Both the position numbers and the translations under genes were made by a program. From the IMG/VR virus record IMGVR_UViG_3300042566_000678, positions 64,001 to 128,000 of that record: a stretch of DNA of 64,000 bases; one strand, 5' to 3'. This document shows, piece after piece, positions 59,255 through 64,000 of the stretch; the first letter of the stretch is position 1, and each line of letters opens with the position of its first letter. The notes beneath the pieces were generated by a model. It was not told the DNA's origin. It saw nothing but the letters and a program-made list of their open reading frames with translations, and searched no databases. The stretch comes from a virus.

Positions 59255-60055
59255 CTATGCACCCAATGCTTTACTGAACCCATCTGGACAAGTTCTAGTA
59301 CATACTAAAGATGCAACAACTGGTGCTACTGCAGCTCCGATTGCGATACCAACTCCAGCAGGCGTTGCCCATAATGCAGCTGAATCTAAACTATAATAGA
59401 TACAATTTGAACATACGTTTCTTAATAATTGTGGGTCAACATTTCCACCAACACCAGGTATTGCTAAAAACCCATCTGCCACTATATTTCCCATTGCCGT
59501 TGATACTGCCATTTTAGCTGCCATATCTGCAACATAAAGAACCGGCGTAGCCATCAATGATAATGTAGTTGAAGTTGCTGCTCCAGCAGGTTGTGCAGGT
59601 GTAAATGCTGCAACACAACCCATAGAGATTGCTGCCGTTAATCCTAATCTACAAGCATTTGCATCTGCCCAATTGTATGCAGATATTGCACCTGCTGCTA
59701 CAATTTCAACACCTGCTACGATTTGTTGTTCGGCTTGTTTAGATAATTGAACGAACTCATTTTGAGTTACATCAAATCCTACCTTTGCAAATTCTTCCGT
59801 AGTACTTGCTACTGTGTTGGCTGCACTTTCTACTCTGTGTGCTGTATCAGTTGCAAATGTTACTGAATAATTGTATGCATCTTCAACACTACCTATTGCG
59901 GTATTAACACCACCAATCATTGGTTGAATAACATTATCGTTAATTGCATTGCCAGCATCTACTACCGCATCTCCAATTGGTTTAATAACATTATCGTTAA
60001 TTGCATTTCCCGCATCTACAAATGCGTCTTCGATTGCTTTTCCTGCTCCACCCAT
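59255..60055 (-). CDS. Ala/Gly-rich amphipathic and hydrophobic Cys-containing protein
   Basis: MGG start, duplicated VDAGNAINDNVI, six Cys in the hydrophobic C-half. Confidence 0.7.
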   Translation of the reverse strand: MGGAGKAIEDAFVDAGNAINDNVIKPIGDAVVDAGNAINDNVIQPMIGGVNTAIGSVEDAYNYSVTFATDTAHRVESAANTVASTTEEFAKVGFDVTQNEFVQLSKQAEQQIVAGVEIVAAGAISAYNWADANACRLGLTAAISMGCVAAFTPAQPAGAATSTTLSLMATPVLYVADMAAKMAVSTAMGNIVADGFLAIPGVGGNVDPQLLRNVCSNCIYYSLDSAALWATPAGVGIAIGAAVAPVVASLVCTRTCPDGFSKALGA

Positions 60056-60080
60056 AATTTTTGTTTTTTTGTTTAGTTTA

Positions 60081-60389
60081 TTAATTTATTTCCATTCTCA
60101 TTAAATACAAATCGTTGTTTTCAAAAAAATCTTTGAATCCAAACATCTTTGCTAATTTCTTTGCTTTAAGATTACCTTTTAGGGGTGCTCCGTATATTTC
60201 GGTATATCCTTCTTTTTTAAAATTATCAAGTATACCAACATATATATACATCATTCTCTTAAAAAAAGAATGTGACCATACATCTTCATTAAAAGTTATG
60301 TGCATTGCAACCTTGCTACGATTATGTAGATAATCACATTCCACTAACACATCTTCATCTTGATATAACGTTACTCTTATTGGTGGCAT
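60081..60389 (-). CDS. GNAT-fold-like protein
   Basis: GYTEIYG..NLKAKKLAKMFGFK resembles GNAT motif B. Confidence 0.5.
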   Translation of the reverse strand: MPPIRVTLYQDEDVLVECDYLHNRSKVAMHITFNEDVWSHSFFKRMMYIYVGILDNFKKEGYTEIYGAPLKGNLKAKKLAKMFGFKDFFENNDLYLMRMEIN

Positions 60390-60392
60390 TTT

Positions 60393-61133
60393 TTATTTAT
60401 TTACCCAATTTTCCAATGCTTCTATATACCCACCACTCATATGGTCTTTTATATTTTTACCTGAAAATAGTGCTTTTATGTATAACCAAAATGATTTTAG
60501 TGATTTATCATTTTTCAATCTATTACCATTATTATCTAATCTTACTTGATGATTGACGTGATAAAATCTAATGTATGGTGTATGTGTTACTAAATCGTTG
60601 TTATGTACTATTCGTAAAGTATCTATATCACTTTTATCATAGTTTTCTTTAAACACATTATTACCAACTCTCGGGCTACCAATAGTTGTTGCACTAACAT
60701 TATAGTGAGGAAAGTGTTTCTTTATTGAGTATGCATATAATGTTGCTACTGCACCACCTAAACTATGCCCACTAACTACAATATCAGTAGTTTCACCTTG
60801 TAGGTTTTCTAATGCAGTATCAATAGCATCGTAAGTATCACCTATTACTGATTCCCAACAATATTTAAATCCAATATGAACCTTCTCACCATCTTCAATG
60901 AATGGTACTTTATCAATTGAAGCATCGTTTTGGAAATCCTTCTTTGATTCACTACCTCTCCAAACTACATATATAGTTTTATTTCTCGTAGCCACAAATC
61001 CTTGTGTATCTGATTTTTTATTCTCAATCCACTTTACTAACGATAATCCCAATTCATCCCAATTTATCTGGTCTTTGTTTGAATACGCTAATACTGCTAA
61101 TTTTGAGTTATATAGTGCTTCCTTTCTTGTCAT
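60393..61133 (-). CDS. Lipase class 3
   Basis: VVWRGS, VHIGF, GHSLGG, GSPRVGN, DLVTHTP, DHM. Confidence 0.93.
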   Translation of the reverse strand: MTRKEALYNSKLAVLAYSNKDQINWDELGLSLVKWIENKKSDTQGFVATRNKTIYVVWRGSESKKDFQNDASIDKVPFIEDGEKVHIGFKYCWESVIGDTYDAIDTALENLQGETTDIVVSGHSLGGAVATLYAYSIKKHFPHYNVSATTIGSPRVGNNVFKENYDKSDIDTLRIVHNNDLVTHTPYIRFYHVNHQVRLDNNGNRLKNDKSLKSFWLYIKALFSGKNIKDHMSGGYIEALENWVNK

Positions 61134-61139
61134 AATTTA

Positions 61140-61859
61140 TTATTTTTGGAACTTACCCTTTTTAATCATTCTTAAAAGGATACGAGCACAAGCAATATCT
61201 AATGCCTTCTTTGTAGATGTTCCGATTGTTGATTGGTTAAATTTAACATCTGATAAATTATCATCGTTCAATAATGATAGTTCACGAGTTGTAGTTGCAT
61301 CACCTAAACCAGATGCTCCAAATACCTCGCCTGTCTCTGCGTCTGTGAAACGAACTTGTAAACCTAAACGAGTAACCATTTTGTTTTTAACACCATCTTT
61401 TAAATTGATTGTTTCATCCTCACTAATAGAGAAATCATATACCTCAATAGATACAAAATAATGTGCTAATCTAATCTTACCTCTACCATCTAACTTATCT
61501 TGGGAAATGCCCGCTTGAGAAGCTTGAAATTGTTTAACCATTCTATTTTTGATTTCGGTTTTGTCCTCTGTAAAAGTAAAACGGTTGAGATTTTCAAGGT
61601 ATTCCATAGATATATTCGCCACACCAAGACCCACCTTCTTTTCTTTAAGTTCCGGATATTGTTCCAAAATTTCATCACTAATTCCACATTTTAAGATTTG
61701 AATTGGAATTGTTGGACCATCGTAGTCCATCAACTCGCTTATGTCCACTTTTGTTTCAAAACTCGCTTTGTAGTTTTCAGTAGTAGTTTTTCCAACTACT
61801 TGTCCCTTTGCAATAAAGGTCAATAATCCCATTGCTAAAATTAGAAATATATTCTTCAT
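61140..61859 (-). CDS. CsgG/HfaB-like secretion-channel family protein
   Basis: Signal peptide; NRFTFTE..; EVYDFS..LGLQVRFTDAETGEV. Confidence 0.65.
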   Translation of the reverse strand: MKNIFLILAMGLLTFIAKGQVVGKTTTENYKASFETKVDISELMDYDGPTIPIQILKCGISDEILEQYPELKEKKVGLGVANISMEYLENLNRFTFTEDKTEIKNRMVKQFQASQAGISQDKLDGRGKIRLAHYFVSIEVYDFSISEDETINLKDGVKNKMVTRLGLQVRFTDAETGEVFGASGLGDATTTRELSLLNDDNLSDVKFNQSTIGTSTKKALDIACARILLRMIKKGKFQK

Positions 61860-61891
61860 ATCTTATAGTTTTTTCTTTCCTATAAGTATAT

Positions 61892-61924
61892 AAAAAAAGG
61901 GAAAAACTTTCGTTCTTCCCTTTT
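61892..61924. terminator. Intrinsic terminator
   Basis: AAAAAAGGGAA...TTCCCTTTT. Confidence 0.65.
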
Positions 61925-61931
61925 CAATACA

Positions 61932-62231
61932 TTATCCTAATTCCTCTTCTTCCTTCATTGGTTCTGGCTTAATACTATCCAAATGATTTAGCTTATCATT
62001 TTCGGCTTTCTTATTAACAAACTTGTCAACCGATGCTATACCAAATGAACCCAATGTGATGGTTAAGAAACCATTAAAGATATACTCATTGATAAGTAAT
62101 TCCTTACCCATATATCCTGTTACTAAATCAACTGCTATTGCAACCACCATTATTCCGAATGATGCAAATCCTACAACTGATTTTTCGTTGATGTTATTAT
62201 CATCATCAAACAAATCTTTAAAAAAACCCAT
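61932..62231 (-). CDS. 2-TM membrane protein (holin-like)
   Basis: Two TMs, charged tail. Confidence 0.6.
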   Translation of the reverse strand: MGFFKDLFDDDNNINEKSVVGFASFGIMVVAIAVDLVTGYMGKELLINEYIFNGFLTITLGSFGIASVDKFVNKKAENDKLNHLDSIKPEPMKEEEELG

Positions 62232-62252
62232 AGTTACTCCCCTTATTTTTAA

Positions 62253-62600
62253 TTAATCTATATTATGGTGTGCTTCATCATTTTGTGGTGCAGAACCTGC
62301 GCCAGTGTTTGATAAGGATACACCGTCTTCCTCGTCCATTTTTTGAACTAACATTTTATCTTTGTCTGTATCAGAGAACCAATAATCTATAATCTTACCA
62401 TAAGAACCAATGAATGCTCCTAATAATAAAAGTAATAATTCTTTCCACTCTTGCCCAACAACCGTATCTGCGTGAATAGAAATAAGAATACCAAATGTTG
62501 TGAGCATGAATGTGATTAAGACAATTAATGTCATTAACCACCTTCTATTCATCATTGTGTTTAGTAGGTCCTTAAATCCTGATGGAGTTTGTTGTTCCAT
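62253..62600 (-). CDS. 2-TM membrane protein
   Basis: ELLLLLLGAFIGSYGKIIDYWF. Confidence 0.65.
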   Translation of the reverse strand: MEQQTPSGFKDLLNTMMNRRWLMTLIVLITFMLTTFGILISIHADTVVGQEWKELLLLLLGAFIGSYGKIIDYWFSDTDKDKMLVQKMDEEDGVSLSNTGAGSAPQNDEAHHNID

Positions 62601-62606
62601 AATATA

Positions 62607-62930
62607 TTACCAAGCCGCTGGCTTCTCTTTGAACTCGTCTGCTTCTTTTTTAGGTTTTGGAGCAGGTGCAGGTTGAGCTGGTTTAGCTGAACCATTTCCT
62701 TCACCACCTTTGTTGATGATAATAGTTTTACCACCAGCTGATTGTTGTTGAGTTTGGTTGTTTTGGATGTTAATTACCGGAGCTGCTGCTGGAGCTGCTG
62801 CTGGCTGGTCACCACCACCGAACATTTGTGAACCTAACCAAGCTCCGCCTGCGGTTACTATTGTTCCTACTGTCCCAATTAGTGTTTTAACTAATCCTGA
62901 CATTGTTCCATCGTTTGATTCTTCTGACAT
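62607..62930 (-). CDS. Membrane-anchored low-complexity (P/A/Q) protein
   Basis: One TM, then PAAAP, QQQ, PAPAP. Confidence 0.65.
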   Translation of the reverse strand: MSEESNDGTMSGLVKTLIGTVGTIVTAGGAWLGSQMFGGGDQPAAAPAAAPVINIQNNQTQQQSAGGKTIIINKGGEGNGSAKPAQPAPAPKPKKEADEFKEKPAAW

Positions 62931-62954
62931 AATCTTTGTTTTTGTAATTTGTTA

Positions 62955-63326
62955 TTATAATTTATTAAAATCTGCTATTCCTAATGCGTTTCCTTCCATA
63001 TCAAATAAAGCAATTCTATATGCAGAAGATGGTAAAGCGTTTGCGTATATTTTCAATACGTTATTTCCAGCTTTTATATCAACCTCTTCTTTTGATACTG
63101 ATTTATTTTCTATGTTTAATATCTTTACTATATATTTTCCAGCAGTTTCTGCTTTTACGTTCATAGAAACCTCATCTTTTACGAATGGTGTTTCTACTCT
63201 AATACCCATATTTCCAACTATTTGTAATTTTTCGTTTACTACGGTTGGAGTTGGTACGAATAATTCTTCATTTTGGCAAGATGCTAACAATCCAATTGCC
63301 AATATTGATGCTACTATTTTTTTCAT
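62955..63326 (-). CDS. Lipoprotein with Ig-like (T9SS-CTD/FlgD-like) domain
   Basis: Lipobox LASC; AGKYIVKI..AGNNVL..ALPSSAYRI. Confidence 0.55.
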   Translation of the reverse strand: MKKIVASILAIGLLASCQNEELFVPTPTVVNEKLQIVGNMGIRVETPFVKDEVSMNVKAETAGKYIVKILNIENKSVSKEEVDIKAGNNVLKIYANALPSSAYRIALFDMEGNALGIADFNKL

Positions 63327-63667
63327 TTTATTTTTATTATTGTTTTTCCTAATTCTTTTTTAGCAACATCTTCCAATAACAGATATAAATATCTACTTTG
63401 TAACGATTTCGTATAAATCTTTCTTACATTTTCTCCACTTTGCCCAATAAACTTATCTCTACCTACTACTTGTCCACTTTCTTTGTCTATTAAAGTTAAT
63501 GTATAAGTTCCTTTTTCTGGTAAATCAAAGTGTAGAGATTCTCCATTTGTAACACTACTTTCACTTACACTAAATATATCATCAATTGATAATCCTTCCG
63601 GCATTACCAATTCAGGTCCACTACACCCAACCAATAGTATCAAAAATAAATATAGTATCCTTTTCAT
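63323..63667 (-). CDS. Lipoprotein with Ig-like domain
   Basis: Lipobox LVGC; GTYTLTLID. Confidence 0.55.
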   Translation of the reverse strand: MKRILYLFLILLVGCSGPELVMPEGLSIDDIFSVSESSVTNGESLHFDLPEKGTYTLTLIDKESGQVVGRDKFIGQSGENVRKIYTKSLQSRYLYLLLEDVAKKELGKTIIKIK

Positions 63668-64000
63668 TAGTTCATCTTTACTTTTAATGATATACCTTCT
63701 TTGTTTACCGCATCTGTTGCTGAAACTGATGTTAAACCTAATGTACCTCCAATACCGATTAATGGTATAAATGTTATTTTGTATTCTGTATTATCATCCA
63801 ACAATCCGTTTCCACTATAAATCAAAGAACCAAAGTTTATATACTTACCACTATCGTTTGAAAAGTTTGTAGGGTTTCCGGTAGTTGTATATTCTGTACC
63901 TTCGTATTTTAATGCATCACTATCATAGTTTAGTTTTAACTGAATACCTTTTAGTGATTGCCCTAATGTATTTACTTTTACACTTACCACTACTTTACCA
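63667..64000 (-). CDS. C-terminal part of a cohesin-domain-like protein (start outside window)
   Basis: VSVKV..LKGIQLKLNYDSDALKY cohesin-like strands; frame stays open to the window edge. Confidence 0.55.
   Translation of the reverse strand, partial: GKVVVSVKVNTLGQSLKGIQLKLNYDSDALKYEGTEYTTTGNPTNFSNDSGKYINFGSLIYSGNGLLDDNTEYKITFIPLIGIGGTLGLTSVSATDAVNKEGISLKVKMN

Noticed and set aside
219-63363. The many + strand ORFs in the track (e.g. 10036-10515, 40970-41497, 54666-55097, 58181-58792, 62758-63363)
   Set aside because: They are antisense shadows of well-supported - strand genes, with non-protein-like composition.
1-64000. Genome-wide stop-codon reassignment
   Set aside because: Conserved genes (thyA, dut, receptor, GTs) are full length under code 11, coding density is high, and TAG/TGA end genes at sensible positions.
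53882-64000. Bacterial chromosome or host contamination
   Set aside because: Strand, gene packing, AT content and the TAYTTATW upstream motif are the same as in the phage-like regions, and no housekeeping genes are present. Read mapping would still be the decisive test.

Overview
This window is a 64-kb segment of a large, AT-rich, gene-dense lytic dsDNA phage. It uses standard genetic code 11, and essentially every real gene is on the - strand. The host is probably a Bacteroidota. Supporting this are TAnnTTTG-type promoters, no Shine-Dalgarno sites, DUF4494/DUF4884-like genes, a lipoprotein with D-S/T-A/V motifs, and a TonB-dependent receptor with a CarboxypepD-like N-terminus. No capsid, terminase or polymerase gene is in view, so the phage call rests on gene content and organisation. 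Positions 1-4.6 kb and 52.5-53.7 kb hold small early/host-takeover-type genes behind a repeated strong promoter, including a free-standing RNAP alpha-CTD protein. From 5-37 kb there are many small unknowns, a dispersed ~110-aa paralog family, nine 2OG-Fe(II) oxygenases, NlpC/P60, a GH73-like glucosaminidase, dUTPase, a metallophosphoesterase, an AAA+/VWA pair, ClpP, an SGNH hydrolase, a secreted nuclease and ThyA. From 37-52 kb there are a HAD protein, a GAF holin-like protein, ParB-like and ferritin-like proteins, five glycosyltransferases and three PD-(D/E)XK nucleases. Positions 54-64 kb form a cell-envelope module: a repeat-rich beta-barrel protein, a lipoprotein plus TonB-dependent receptor behind a Pho-box-like repeat, a hydrophobic Cys-containing protein, a GNAT-like protein, a lipase, a CsgG-like protein and Ig/cohesin-like proteins. 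The most notable unexplained signals are (1) a duplicated G-rich structured element that starts exactly at TAG stops, (2) a GC-rich structured island near 3 kb, and (3) the phage-borne outer-membrane transport/secretion module. All family calls come from motif recognition by eye, not database searches.
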